NCBI GenBank assembly: GCA_951406725.2
Contig: OX597821.1
Location: 71,362,001 to 71,426,000 of the forward strand
Source: Octopus vulgaris
Lineage: Eukaryota
DNA: 64,000 nucleotides
Direction: 5' to 3'
In this document: positions 42,851 to 56,609 of the stretch, in pieces
Numbering within the stretch: position 1 is the first letter of the stretch
Layout: the number at the start of each line of letters is the position of its first letter
Notes under the pieces: model-generated
The model's database searches: none
The model's input: the letters and a program-made list of their open reading frames with translations, nothing else
What the model was told of the DNA's origin: nothing
Program-made: the position numbers and the translations under genes

Positions 42851-43548
42851 TATGTTTGACTTTTGCTTTGCATGTGTACAAGTTGGTTCCAAGTCCCACC
42901 CCAGAGAACTCAAGAGACAACAAGCTGGAAGTTCATGTTGGTGCCATATATTTGCTTTTGTACATAGTGTTGTTCTAGAGAATGTTTAATAAACCATAAG
43001 AAAATGATGTGTTTGTCTTAAAATTTGAGATTACATAGATAGTATTTTACGTAGGATATGAGTAGTTCCCATGAGCACTATGCTTTGAAATTCTGCCATT
43101 TTGGGGTTTCCTGGTATCTGAGCTAGGTAGCAATCAGCTCCTTTTGCTATCATTCCTAGGGCACCTATGACAATAGGTATTGTTTTAGTCTTCAGGTTCC
43201 ACATTTTGCTAATTTACTTTTCAAGATCTTTATACTTGCTCAGTTTTTGTCAACAACGGCATTATTTGCTCTCATTAGGTATTCGTCATTGAGTGGTTTT
43301 CTTGCCATTTATCAGTAAGAATATCTAAGGCAGCAGTTTTAGCACGAGTTTTCATACGTTTACCTTTTTCTGTGTTTGTTTCTAGTACGTCTAATTCTGG
43401 AATTTATTGTATTCAGAATTCACTTAGATATTTCTTGACCTGCTTTGTTACTGAGTATGATGCTTTGTTTAGGCATTTCTTAATCCAGCTATGAGGTAAG
43501 CAATCAAAAGCAGTTTTATAGTCTATACAGGCTATTGACAAGTTTATT
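42851..43548 (-). mobile_element. R4/Dong-type LINE, internally deleted (RT motif plus endonuclease end)
   Basis: NLSIACIDYKTAFDCLPHSWI; KYKDL...MWNLKTKTIPIVIGALG...GTTHILRKILSM*. Confidence 0.85.
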
Positions 43549-43550
43549 AA

Positions 43551-43604
<54 letters not shown>

Positions 43605-44298
43605 CCTCCTCATCATCATCATCGTCATCATCAGCATCGTCATCATCATCGTCATCATCAGCATCCTCATCATCATTATTATTAATATCCTTGCCTCTTA
43701 CATTGTCTCGACATTTGTCTCTTACAAGAACTACACCGTGCAACGCATCTTTCTTTATCTTTTAAAAGAAAGTAAGAAACGATTAATCAAACAATCGATT
43801 ACTTTATTGGTTCAACAGTTTACAAATTGACTAAAGAGAAGTGAAATGAAACCAGAGCGCGTGTTTGTTATTGGCATAATGCCTCCCTTTCCCCAAAATA
43901 CAACAAAATTTGTTTCAACGCAGACGCTCACACTGGCAAACCAAAACACAATAACGAAAAAACGAAACTTCAGCGGAAAGCATTTTTTTTGTGGAATGGA
44001 ATAAAACATATTAATGCTTAAATATTCAGAAGAAAATTCTGAAGCTTTAAAATAGTAAAAATGGGAAAATTCTTTTACATTTTCTTCTTGGTGTATTCAG
44101 AGCGTATTTTCTTCGTTGCTTTTTATTTTCAATCATAATTGCTATAACAATATTATGATAGAGAATGTTACACGGGTTGGCAGGCGGAAGTGATGAAGGA
44201 GTGAGTGTGAGTTTAAAGACGGAAATAGGAAGTAGGAGAGGAGATGACTGCAGTGAATGTGGATGATTGAGACCCTGTTTCTTTATATATACATATAT

Positions 44299-45610
44299 AT
44301 TGGGCTGCCAACCCAATATATATATATGTATAAAACGTCGTGCCGATGTTTTAAATTAAAATTTTTTTAAAGGTTTAATAAAAGAAATAGCAACTAATTA
44401 ATCAATAATGTATTCACCCTTGTTGTTTAAAACTTCTTCCCAACGTTCAACAAGATTTTTAATACCTCGTTGGTAAGAAATCACCCGATTTCAACTCGAA
44501 AAATTGATTCAGTCAAGCTCTCAATTCTACATCAGTATTGAACGAAACTCCACACATAGCATTTGAAAGAGATCGTAAGAGGTGGAAATCTGTTGGTGCC
44601 AAATCAGGAGAGTGCGGCAGGTGTTGCAGCACTTCCCAGCCATGCGTCTGAATGGCTTCCTTGGTCATATTGGCAATATGAGGGCGGGTGTTGTCGTGCA
44701 GCAGAAGAACTCCATACTGCCAATTAGGTCTTTTCTCTTGAATAGCCGTGTTGAGTCGTTCCATCTGTTGAACATAGAGTTCCGCATTGACCGCTTGGTT
44801 CCGTTCAAGCAATTCATAATGGATGATCCCTTCCCAGTCCCACCATACGCACAACATCGTTTTGCGCGGATGATCTTGTTTCACGCGCCGTATCGCTTGT
44901 TTACCGGGGCTAAGCTATTCCTTACGCTGCTTCATATTGATGTACAGGCACCATTTTTCGTCGCCAATAACAATTTGGTAAAGCAATCGTTGCTTGTGTC
45001 CATGAGTTGAGCGGTGACGACCAAACAAACCAGCGGAGATTGTGGCTCGTTGATTTTTGCTGTTGTCACTTAAAGCATGCGGAACCCATGCTCCATACTT
45101 CTGAACCTTTCCCATCGAGTGAAGATGCTTCTCTATAGCAGTGTGGGAGCATTCCCTTTTCTCTGACAGTTCTCTTGTTGTTCGACGAGAATTTTAGCGC
45201 AAAAGTTGGTTTAATAGCTCTTCATCGAACTCAACTGGACGGCCAGAACGAGGTGTGTCTTTGAGGTCAAAATTTCCATTTTTGAACTTGGCATGCCAAT
45301 CAGGAGCGGTTCTTTCAGCTATGGCACTCTCTCCATACACAGCACAAATGTCGTGAGAAGCTTTTGCGGCCTTAGAACCTTGATTAAAAGCAAAAGGAAG
45401 GAAGCGTCGAAAATGCTCGTTTTTCTTAACTTGACAATTTAATGATCTGAAAATTTAATCATCTGAAAATAAATGATCTAAAAATAAACAAAAATTAACT
45501 AAAATTAACAAAAAAAATAAAAAGATTCCAAATTGATTCAAAAATAGAATTCTCGAAAAAAATGGCTTTCAAAATTTAAAAACGCAATAAAATCCAAAAT
45601 TTTAAAAAGC
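44299..45610 (-). mobile_element. mariner (DD34D) near-full-length pseudogene
   Basis: RSGRP, WVPHAL, IVIGDEKW, HDNTRPH, HSPDLAPTDFHL. Confidence 0.92.
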
Positions 45611-45621
45611 GTATATATATA

Positions 45622-45768
45622 CGACGTGCTTCTTTCAGTTTCCGCCTACCATGTCCACTCACAAGGCTTTGGTCGGCCCGAGCCTATAGTGGAAGACACT
45701 TGCCCAAGGTACCACGCAGTGGGAATGAACCCGAGACCATATGGTTGGGAAGTAAGCTTCTTATCACA
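45622..45768 (-). mobile_element. SINE family B 5' portion
   Basis: ccactcacaaggctttggtcggccc...gacacttgcccaagg. Confidence 0.8.
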
Positions 45769-46064
45769 CACTGGTGTTCAAAATGAATTATATAGCAACA
45801 TTTTTATTGAAATATCTTAAAAGCGAATTTTTAAAACCTTTACCTTAAAATTAGATTGAAGCGAAACGATTTTTAGTCATAGGACGAAGGCCATGCTGGG
45901 GTACTTGATTGAACAAATTCTAAGTCTGTTATTTATTTTATTAGCGCTTTTGCCGAACTGTTAAATTACGGGAATGTAGCAACATTGTTGCTAAGCAAGG
46001 GCAGGGGAGAGGCAGGCACAAACACAAACATAATGACACACACATACGTATAGAAACATATATG

Positions 46065-46970
46065 CGAGGAGATACCCAGACGTAACCCGAAACGTTCTCT
46101 GTAGGACAAGCATGTCTTAGTTTAGGCTTCCGCCGCTTGAAGCCACATGATGCGATCCTCAGGCATCAGTCTACCGACCGGCGTCGTCCGGTTAAGTCGC
46201 ACTGCCACGTGGTGTGTCTTTGTTTTGCAGAGCTTCCCTGTTATCGATTTTTGCGATGGCTGAATCGAAGGAACAAAATGCTTCTGTGAAATTCTGTTTT
46301 CTGCTGGGGAAAAAGGCGGCCGAAACAGTTGTCAAGCATCAAACAGCTTACAAAGACGTCACCATGAGCAAAACACAAGTTTACGAGTGATTTCTACGCT
46401 TTAGGAATGGTCACTTGTCGCTTAGCGACCAACGTCGTTCAGTACGACCTTCGACTTCCCGAACGAATGAAAACATCATGAGAATTCATGAACCGATCTT
46501 GGAGGACCATCACCGAACAATTAAGGAACTCGTTGATATGACTGGTGTGTCCTAGAATTGCTGGAAACGAATTTTGAGCGAGGAATTGCGACTGAAAAGA
46601 GTTGCAGCAAAATTTGTGCTTCGTTTGCTCACGGAACATGAAAAGCATTGAGGAATGAATTCGTGTCGTGAATCGAAAGAACAGTTGGAGGTTGATCGAT
46701 CCGGACCTTTTTATTTTCGATGGTCATCACTGGTGACGGAAGCTGGTGTTATGGAATTTTCAGATATGAAAGAGGTGAAGAAAAAGATGACGGAGACGGT
46801 TGAAGGCATCACTTTGCAAGAATTTCAGTCCTGCTTCGAACAGTGGAGAAACGCGTCTAGAGCGATGCCATTGCTGGAGAATACTTTGAAGGCGATAAAA
46901 GTGCGAACATGTAAAACTAAGTGAATGAAATAATATTGCAAAATTCCGGGTTCTTTTGAGTACGTCCTCA
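46065..46970 (+). mobile_element. mariner (irritans-like) deletion derivative
   Basis: Imperfect CGAGG.. TIRs; VKFCFLLGKKAAET...RPSTSRT...KRVAAKFV; catalytic core mostly deleted. Confidence 0.8.
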
Positions 46971-47970
46971 CATGTTTAAAAAATACATATATTTGTGATT
47001 TTTTATGTATATGACTATGTATATACACACGCGCGCGCGCAGTTGGTTTCAACGTAGTTTCCCATTGGTCTACCGGGGAGTATAGTCAGTAGTAGAAAAC
47101 GCTTGCCCAAGGTACAGCATAGTGAAGCAGAACTCTGAAAACATTTGGCTGCGAAGAAAGCGTCTTAACCACACGCGATGCCAGTGCGTGATTTGAAAAC
47201 GGTTTGCTGCTATTTATACCAGTCGAGGAAGTACAGAGAGGCTTAGTCGCTGCTTCGTATTGTTACAGATAAAGATATCACTGTCCCGCTATCACAATGT
47301 TTATGGAGACATCCCACCATCCATGCTTCTATATTTACAAAATGGGAGTTTTCTGCAATCAAGTGATATTTCATCTCTCTGTTGGGAAGGATTAAAAGCA
47401 AACCAAGATAAAAAATACATTGACTGACTATTGTCCATTCACTTCTATATACAACTTACTTTTCTCCTTTTCCTCACACAGATACGGCTTATCTTTGCTA
47501 TCAGTTTGACTCAGTGTTACTTGTGTCCTTCTATGTACTGTTGCTGTATCCGTAATGCTGTTGGTGTACTTTTAGATGTAAGCTATGCAGTTTTTTTATT
47601 ATTTTATAGCAAAGTCAGAGAAGGGCAGAACCCATAACTCTTGTTAGCGACTCTCTGAGACTGGCGTGGGAAGCAAAGCAAGAAGAACTAACGACTCGCT
47701 GCCTTGGTGAGAAAGGGGTCTAAGTTATTGGGTCATCTTCACATCAGGTTCTGAATGGTTATAATTTATCAACCGAATTAAATCCGGCGAAGTGAGAACT
47801 AACTTGAGACTTCAAGATTCAACATCTTAGAATATGGCGGTCACGTCTGCATCCAGAAGAATTCCTACGGATATTGTTCTCTTCTTTCCTTCTTTCCTTC
47901 TTTCCTTCTTTCTTTCTTTCTTTCTGCCTTTCTTTTTATTTTTTATCTCTCTCCCTATATATATACATAC

Positions 47971-48003
<33 letters not shown>

Positions 48004-48931
48004 TGTATGTATGTATGTACGCGTGTGTGTATGTATGTATGCCAATACGGAGCAAATAATTCACGAAAAAATAATTTGCGAAGATACCACTGACTCTGTT
48101 ATTATTTAGTATAAACAAAAATGATAATAACAGAATCAATAATATAGGTGATTGCAGGCCGAAGAAAAGCATTAAATAGCTGAAGGATTAAAATTAATCA
48201 AAGGACATGCTAAGTATATTTACCTGCTGGAAATAACAGTCAAAATTCTTATTTAAATATTTGGGCGATTTAAATAAGATTTAAAAAATCGTTTTCTTCA
48301 GGTGAATAAAAAGAAAATTTAACACCCAAAATTTCTCACTAGGTAGAAAACAATGAAAGACAACCTTACCAACCAGGTTACGGTTGAGAGAGAATATATA
48401 TACAGATATAGAGAGATGAATAGATAGACAGACAGACAAGCAGGCAGACAAGAAGACAGACAAATAGATAGATATACATACATACGTATATACACACACA
48501 CACACACATATATATGTATATATATATACATACATACATACATATACACACAAATATATATGTATATACATACATACATATATGCGTGCACGCATGTCTA
48601 TTCTCACGTATGTATATTTCTAAGTCTGCTCATATTTTCAGATGATACGTAAATACAGTTTGAAATAAACATGTCCGTCACGTTGCTGTCGTCGAATGCT
48701 TGGTTTCATCTCCATCCGTCTGCAGGACATACTTGACCGCTAATGAAGACAACTCGAAGACATTAAGGAGATCTCAATACACTTCTTAAATTACTCCATA
48801 CCGTCACTTCCTGTTTACTTCTTCCAACTTTCTAAATTCGGAACTGCTGCAGCATGTCACATGTCCTAACATTCTTAGTTACTTGTTTGCATTTGCATGA
48901 CCTACTATCACACGGCAGATCTATTCATTCT

Positions 48932-49068
<137 letters not shown>

Positions 49069-49118
49069 ATATATCTCTCTATATATATATATGGTTTTAC
49101 CTATCTATCTATCTTTAC

Positions 49119-49154
<36 letters not shown>

Positions 49155-49186
49155 TTATTTGTCTATCTATCTATATATTTTTATCC

Positions 49187-49224
<38 letters not shown>

Positions 49225-49683
49225 TAAGATTACTTGAACTATAGGTATTAATTCAACATGCATACATACATATACATACATACCCCCTACATATGTTCAT
49301 ATTTATACATACATATGCATACACATACCTATATTTTCGCAAGGGCTAATATTGATTCGTCTCTCAGATTTAATGATATAAAAAAAAAACTGTTAAGCCA
49401 GCGACATAAAAGAGATTCACAAAATATTTCATCATCTAAATTTGCATGAGTTATGGACCACAACTATGAAACAATAAAAACCATTGGTCTAGCTTCACTA
49501 TTTTAAGTGTTTGGCAGTGATATTTCTTTGAGAATTCCAAATTTTATTCCAATTTGTTATCATTCTAACTATTTTGAAGTACGAAGAAGCGAGAGAATTG
49601 CGTCTTAAAATCTAAAGCTTCCAGAATGCCAAGACAACTAACAAACAAAGACGGCGTGGGTTGAATGATAAGATAAAAGCAGG

Positions 49684-49715
<32 letters not shown>

Positions 49716-49736
49716 TGTATGTATGTATGTATGTAT

Positions 49737-50296
49737 CTCCTTAAGATATGCTTGCATCTCTCCTGACACATGGGAGGGTATAGCTATTGATCGTAGCAGG
49801 TGGAGAAGGATTGTGCATGAGGGGGCAGCTACTTTTGAGAAATCTCGAGTTGAGCATGAGAAAGTAAGGAGGGATGTCAGGAAGGGCATCGCTGTTACAC
49901 TTCCAGATGGGAAGGGTCTTCCTCTGATGCTGACATGCAGTGTCTGTGCAAGACTCTGCCTCAGTGAAGCTAGACTCAAGAGTCATCTTCGTAGTCATAA
50001 AGCGAGCCAGATGAGTGACAACCTGGACACTGGTGGTGGTGTAACACACCATACTAATCATATCTACCAAGCATGTGGAAGAGAGTGTAATTCGGTAGGA
50101 GGACTTAAACGATATGCAAAGGCACATGAAGCCCAGTTACAACTACAGCCGGCTATTGCCGGTAAAGGTTTTGGCTGCCAATTCTGTACAAGACATTGTA
50201 GATCTTTAGCTGGGCTAAAAAGTCACATTCGATCACAGCACCAATAACAGTTAAGCTTCGTGCAATGGCCATACTCGATAGCGAGGGAGCAGCCAT
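49737..50296 (+). mobile_element. RTE-group LINE 3' end with three C2H2-like fingers
   Basis: TWE..A.DRSRWR..VHEG, then CSVC..SHLRSH, a decayed second finger and CQFC..SHIRSQH; flanked by (TATG)n. Confidence 0.8.
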
Positions 50297-50665
50297 AAAT
50301 GTATGTATGTATGTATGTATGTATGTATGTATGTATGTATGTATGTATGTATGTATGTATGTATGTATGTATATATGTATGTATGTATGTATGTATGCAT
50401 GTATGTATGTAGGTTTGTGCGTTTTGTGCGTGTATGTATGTATGTACGTGTGTGTATACATGCATGTATGTATGTATATGTGTATGTATGTATGTATGTA
50501 TATATGTATGTATGCATGTATGTATGTGTATGCATGTATGTATGTATGTATGTATGTATGTATGTATGTATGTATGTACAGATATATATATATATATATA
50601 GGTTCCAACGTACAAACCTCTCGACCATTGAGTCAGCTGTTGTGTCTGCTAAATATTGATTTCAG

Positions 50666-51127
50666 ATTTTGGCACAAAGCCTGCAATCTCGAGGTAGGGT
50701 AAGTCAATTACATAGAACCCAGTGTACAACTGGTACTTATTTAATCGACCCCTAAATGGATGAAAGGCAGAATCAACCGCTGCGTAATCTGAACTTTTAA
50801 GATGTGAAGATGGACGAAGATTGACGAAATGCCGCTAAGCATTTCGTCCGGCGTGACAGCGATTCTGCCAACACGCCACCCGCATATGCTAAATATCTGT
50901 TTCTTTATTACCCACAAGGGGCTAAACATAGAGGGGACAAACAAGGACAGACAAACGGATTAAGTCGATTACATCGATCCCCAGTGCGTAACTGGTACTT
51001 ATTTAATCGACCCCGAAAGGATGAAAGGCAAAGTCGACCTTGGCGGAATTTGAACTCAGAACGTAACGACAGACGAAATACGGCTACGCATTTCGCCCGG
51101 CGTGCTAACGAGTCTGCCAGCTCGCCG
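50666..51127 (-). mobile_element. Old SINE A (50666-50880) plus adjacent young SINE A (50898-51127)
   Basis: TSD catatgctaaatatc at 50883-50897 and 51128-51142. Confidence 0.9.
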
Positions 51128-52000
51128 CATATGCTAAATATCAACACACACAAACATCACGCTGTGTAAGAAGCATTATTTGTAAGATGTAATCTTGTAA
51201 GTTTATTAAAGCTACGTAAAAGTCCCGTCAGACAAAAGCTACAAAGTGTCTGTACAAAAGCGATGGTGTTGTCCCAAACAAGCGTCTTCAACGATAAATA
51301 AATACAAATTATATATATTATACATAATAGCTATTTTATAGTATTACATACGAAATATTCGTTTTCCGTCCTATAATTCTACTAAAAGACTATCCTTTTT
51401 ACAGTTTCATGAATAACACCCAGCCACAGAGATGAATAAATAAATATTATAAGATGGAACTACTTGATAATGGTGCTTCCATTTCCGCTCATTGCCAGTT
51501 TATCTTTTACTTTTATCCCATTCATAGTAAATTTTGTTTTTCATTCACGAATAATGTCCAAACACACTCTCACAATATGTACATACATAAAGACACTCAC
51601 ACACACACACACACACAATCACAATCACCCACACGCGTATTGTTCACTTCAAAAGCATTTACAAACTTTCAAGAGAACGCAGATTCCTTTATACTTATTT
51701 ACTTCGGAACTGCATCGGAACGAAGCACACATGAATCTATAAATAAATGCATGTGAGCATTGGGTTGAAGAACATATTTGAATAGAAAAGGAGTCAAGCG
51801 ATAGAAAAAGTCCCACGGGCGGCCTTCGGATTTTCCTATCCAACAAGGGTTCTTCAAATCAATATTTACATGTTATATATATATACTGTTGTGTCTGAGG
51901 AGAGTCATTTGCTTTTTTTTTTACCGGTGAGTGTGTTACATTATAAATGTAACACACTCACCGGTAAAATTTCCACTTTTTTTTCCTTATTTTTATTTTC

Positions 52001-52037
52001 CTAAAATTTTCGTTGCGTCTTGCAACCTTTTCAATAG
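52001..52037 (-). ncRNA. Hammerhead-like motif with U3/A8 core
   Basis: cta-TTGAAAA-g-gttgc[aagac]gcaac-GAAAA-TTT-tag; AATT palindromic stem III, weak UUU triplet. Confidence 0.5.
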
Positions 52038-52187
52038 TTTTGACTCAAAACAGAATATGCTTCAACACACGAACTCATATAAAGAATCTTGCAAATCCAA
52101 ACATGAAAACACAAAAACACAACAACGTGAGGACGTGGAACACGTATAATGTTATTGGACGCTCAGGAAAGGAAAGAAAGAAGGAAG

Positions 52188-52222
52188 ATTTAACGTTTCG
52201 AGCAGAGCTCTTCGTCAGAAAC
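52188..52222 (-). ncRNA. Minimal type I hammerhead
   Basis: gttt-CTGACGA-a-gagc[tct]gctc-GAAAC-GTT-aaat. Confidence 0.72.
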
Positions 52223-52304
52223 ATAGGAAAAGGAAAGATCTAAGGAAGGGAAGAAGGACGAAAAAAATCGCCAACGATACACACGCTGTCATATATATAT
52301 AAAT

Positions 52305-53003
52305 AAGAGACCTGGGTGTAATTGTTGATAACAATCTCAGTTGGAGTGCCCACGTCAACAATAAGGTTTATACAGCTCGTTAGATGAGCTCCTGGATCTT
52401 AAGAAACTTTCGGTCCAGAGAACAAGGTGTCATCATTCTCCTGTTTTGTACGGCCACACCTTGAATATCGCTTCCCCTATGGTCTCCCATAGAAAACAAA
52501 ACATCTCGGAAATTGAATCACCCCCAGATGGCATTCACTAAACGAATTAAGGACATGACTGATCTCAATTACGGGGACCGCCTTTAAACATTGAAACTCT
52601 ACTCTCTCCAGTGCCGCCGCAAGCGGTACATCATTTGCACGATGTGGAAAATATACCGCCATCATTGCCAAAACGACCGCAACATTAGCTTCAAAATTCA
52701 TCCAAGGCTACGAACACGAGCTATACGCCCCCAACCCAATTCAGCTTCACAACACATCAATACACTGCAACACAACTTCTTTTCCTCAACAGGCCCTACC
52801 CTGTTTAACATTGTCCCAAAACAGATTTTAAAAATGCTAAATAAGCCACCTATACCTGGATACAACTCACTTAAGAAGAAGTCCCTACTCGAATGGACCA
52901 TAATACCACAAAACTCGGCTTAAAAAGGATTTAGAAAATCCTATTAGGTGGTGCTATTAAGTTAGACATGGCCTGGACCAATCCTTGGTCGAAACATATC
53001 TAA
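52305..53003 (+). mobile_element. CR1-group LINE 3' fragment
   Basis: RDLGVIVDNNLSWSAH, VRPHLEY, LKLYSLQ.RR.RY, GPTLFN; structured tail at 52947-52995. Confidence 0.88.
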
Positions 53004-53170
53004 GTTTTATATATATGTTTCTCTTGTTTACTCGAACCCACTAGAGTAAGCAAGAGAGATAGAGACAGGCAGAAACAAAGAAAATCCCCTTGTATTTGAA
53101 TGCTATGCAAATATTCTTTTAAAAACCTTTTCTTTTAATTTTTCCAAAATTTAATTGTTTTCCATACTTA

Positions 53171-53206
53171 CAGTTGAGAAAGTCTTAATGACTGAAACCG
53201 GTACTG
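53171..53206 (+). ncRNA. Hammerhead with U3/A8 core, in PLE-like repeat 53017-53262
   Basis: cag-TTGAGAA-agtc[ttaat]gact-GAAAC-cg-GTA-ctg. Confidence 0.75.
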
Positions 53207-53260
53207 AAATGTTTATTTATAAAATTATTTTAGCATTTCCTACCTTGACTTTTTTCCATA

Positions 53261-53312
<52 letters not shown>

Positions 53313-53544
53313 AAATACTGAATTTCTAAATCTCTCGTAGAGACATGTACGGTGGTGGGGCGATAGAATGGTTGTATACTGTCAATCTAACAAGAACGTG
53401 ACAGTAGGGGGAACACCACCGCTGTATAGCCCTAGGAAGCATCGAACGCCTCCTGATGGCTTTGACACATTTTCCTGTGTCCTTATATACATATACGAAG
53501 GGGAGACAAACACCCCCGGCCGCCGAAGCTGCATCTAGGGACAT

Positions 53545-53927
53545 GAATTTTTTGCGTAATGAGATAAAAAAAAACAAGGCTGTATAGATATTTGAGCATT
53601 TATAGATAGAAGGTCTTACAGCTGTTTCTAGAATATTAATCAATAATGATATCCCTTCCTCGGAGACGGTGTGAGAGGAAAAATTAAGTCATAGTTAGTT
53701 TCGATGTGATATAAATAGAGAGTGAGGTGGAAGAAAGAAAATAGATGTAAGATATGTATTATTGAGTTCATAAATCCGTTTTATAGGCATAATGGTATGT
53801 ATGTGTAATATTCCAATATCCTTTGAGTAAAATCCAAAAGTCCAACAGAGTTTAGTATGAGTCCATCCAAATGTAAAGTTTATAAGCAATGTAAGATTCT
53901 CTTAAAGTTGGTGATTCCCAGTAGGGA

Positions 53928-53973
<46 letters not shown>

Positions 53974-54780
53974 TTTCGTAATGAAATAAAAAACCAAGGC
54001 TGAGTAGATTTTAGAACATTTATAGATAGAAGGTCTTACAGCTGTTTCCAGGATATTTATTATAACCCTTCACCAGAGACGTTGTGAGAGGATGGTTAAG
54101 TAATAGTTAATTTAGATAAGATACAAAATAGAGAATGAGGTGGAGGAAAGAAAACTGATGTGAGATATGTAGGAATATTGTATTTGTAGATCCATTTTAT
54201 AAGGCAGAATGGTATACATGTAAGATTCCAATGTTTTATGAGTACAATCCAATAGTATTTAAATTTGGTCATTCCAAGTATAGAGCTTGTACACAGTGCT
54301 ACTGAATCAAGGGTTTTATTTAAAGTGACCTAAAATAGGGAGTGTATTAGTAGGGTCAAATCGAAAACAAGAAGAGAGGAATAAAGAAAGAGAAAAAAGA
54401 AAAAAAGAGAGAAGAAGGAGTAGAAAGTAAGAGGAAAAATAATAAAGTAATAAAAAAATAAAAAACAGGAAGAGATAAATAAAGGAAAGAAAGAAAAAGA
54501 AAAAAGCAAAACAAAGATATTCATAAGGGAAAGTATACCAGTTAGTGATAAGTGTAGATAATTTGAAAGTAGAGGTGGGGAAATAAAGGGTGATAGAGAG
54601 AGAAAGGTATTAGAGTATAAAAAGATAGATGGAATGGGGGGGGTAATTAAAGGTAAAGGAGTGACAAATGTGTAGTGGTAGAGTCTAAGTGATGGGGCAG
54701 AGAGAGGGGCTAGTAGTAATGAATGAAGAATTTAGGAATTTAGATGGTTTGGCATGTCAGTGCTTAGTAATATAAGAAAA
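53545..54780 (-). mobile_element. Tandem PLE-like terminal repeats (53545-53930, 53968-54300) plus low-complexity body; decayed hammerheads at 53613-53667 and 54033-54080
   Basis: gtct-C(T/C)G(G/A)(T/G)GA-a-ggg...GAAAC-agct-GTA-agac in both copies. Confidence 0.65.
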
Positions 54781-54801
54781 TATATATGTGAAGATGTATA
54801 C

Positions 54802-54840
<39 letters not shown>

Positions 54841-54844
<4 letters not shown>

Positions 54845-55243
54845 TAGCTTGTCTACCAACCACATGGTTCCGGGTTCAGTCCCACTGCGTGGCACCTTGG
54901 GCAAGTGTCTTCTACTATAGTCTCGGGCCGACCAAAGCCTTGTGAGTGGATTTGGTAGACGGAAACTGAAAGAAGCCCGTCGTATATATGTATATATATA
55001 TATATATGCGTGTGTGTGTGTGTGTGTTTGTGTGTCTGTGTTTGTCCCCTAGCATTGCTTGACAACCGATGCTGGTGTGTTTATGTCCCCGTTACTTAGC
55101 GGTTCGGCAAAAGAGACCGATAGAATAAGTACTGGGCTTACAAAAGAATAAGTCTCGGGGTCGAGTTGCTCGATTAAAGGCGGTGCTCCAGCATGGCCGC
55201 AGTCAAATGACTGAAACAAGTAAAAGAGTAAAAGAGTAAAGAG
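54841..55243 (+). mobile_element. SINE family B, near full length
   Basis: B-box-like gggttcagtccc, CORE-like ggcaccttgggcaagt, internal microsatellite, (aaagagt)n tail. Confidence 0.92.
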
Positions 55244-55602
55244 TATATATATATATATATATATATTTACACAGATGTTTATACATATCAATATCTACAC
55301 ATACGACTCTTACGTGTATGTATATGCACTCATGTGCACCCATATATACGTGCATCTGCATGTATTATCGCCCCTGTATACGCATGTATATATACCTTGC
55401 ATACATACGTACATTCACACGTACGCATACACTCACTCATACATATCCGCAGACACTCACTCGTACATATACACACACACATGGATAGATGCAGACACAC
55501 ACGAATATAATTAGATGGTTGAGATATTCAAGAATGAGCGAGGAATTAGATTGTAATGAGGAGTTAGAATGTAGATTTACAAGATTATTGGGATATATAT
55601 AC

Positions 55603-56155
55603 ATGGTGGCTGCCCCCTCGTTATCGAGTATGGCCATTGCACGAAGCTTAATCAATGTTGTTATCGTGCAATGCCTGTGCAAGAAGATTTTTTTTTTAAA
55701 GTGAGGAAAGGCTGTGCACTGAGTCAATCCCACTCGCTAAGCAACAGCAGCCATAATCCGAAAAGAAGAACAAGTCAACATCATCGGCAACCACTGAGCC
55801 GCAGGTTTTATGTCGGAGTTATCCCAGTTACTTGAGTTATCTTCTCCTAGAAGGATGCCCTAACAAAGGCTAGGATTCCTTCACTCCCAATGGTTTAACC
55901 GCGCGATCGGGTATTCAGTCCGATTATTTCTATGTCCCCGCGCATGGTACATCCTTAAGACATTTATTGGGTGGCCGTTGACTCTCAAGAGTTCCTCCGC
56001 CCTTTGACGGGTTTTGTTTTTCATCCCGCAGGGTGTCCAATAAACACCCTCCTCACCAAGCAAGCTTGGTGGGGTTGCCGGTTTAGTCGCCGACGACCCG
56101 ACCATGCAACAGGTTGTACTGGGTTACATGAAACCAGTAGCACTCGAAGGTGACT
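55603..56155 (-). mobile_element. Non-autonomous element carrying the RTE 3' tail
   Basis: 55607-55651 is the near reverse complement of 50251-50296; the remainder is non-coding. Confidence 0.7.
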
Positions 56156-56240
56156 TGACATATATATACATACGTGCATACATACATACAAACATACATA
56201 CACACGCACACACATACATACACACACACAAACACACACA

Positions 56241-56315
<75 letters not shown>

Positions 56316-56572
56316 TAGAAGGTTTGGAGATGATGTACAGGTATTTTATATTAGAAGAAATGAGGTACTCAGAAATTCGGATGGTTTTATATTTACAGAC
56401 ATTTATTTGTATATTACATGTTTTTATACATCATATATCATATATATATATACATATATACATATATACATATATATATATATATAGATATATAGATAGA
56501 TATGTATATGTATATATATATAAGTGTATGTATGTATATATACATGTATATATACATATGTGCGTGTGCGTT

Positions 56573-56606
<34 letters not shown>

Positions 56607-56609
<3 letters not shown>

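Noticed and set aside
52960-53003. Stem-loop plus GAAAC as a hammerhead half
   Set aside because: No CUGANGA; better explained as a CR1 3' recognition stem.
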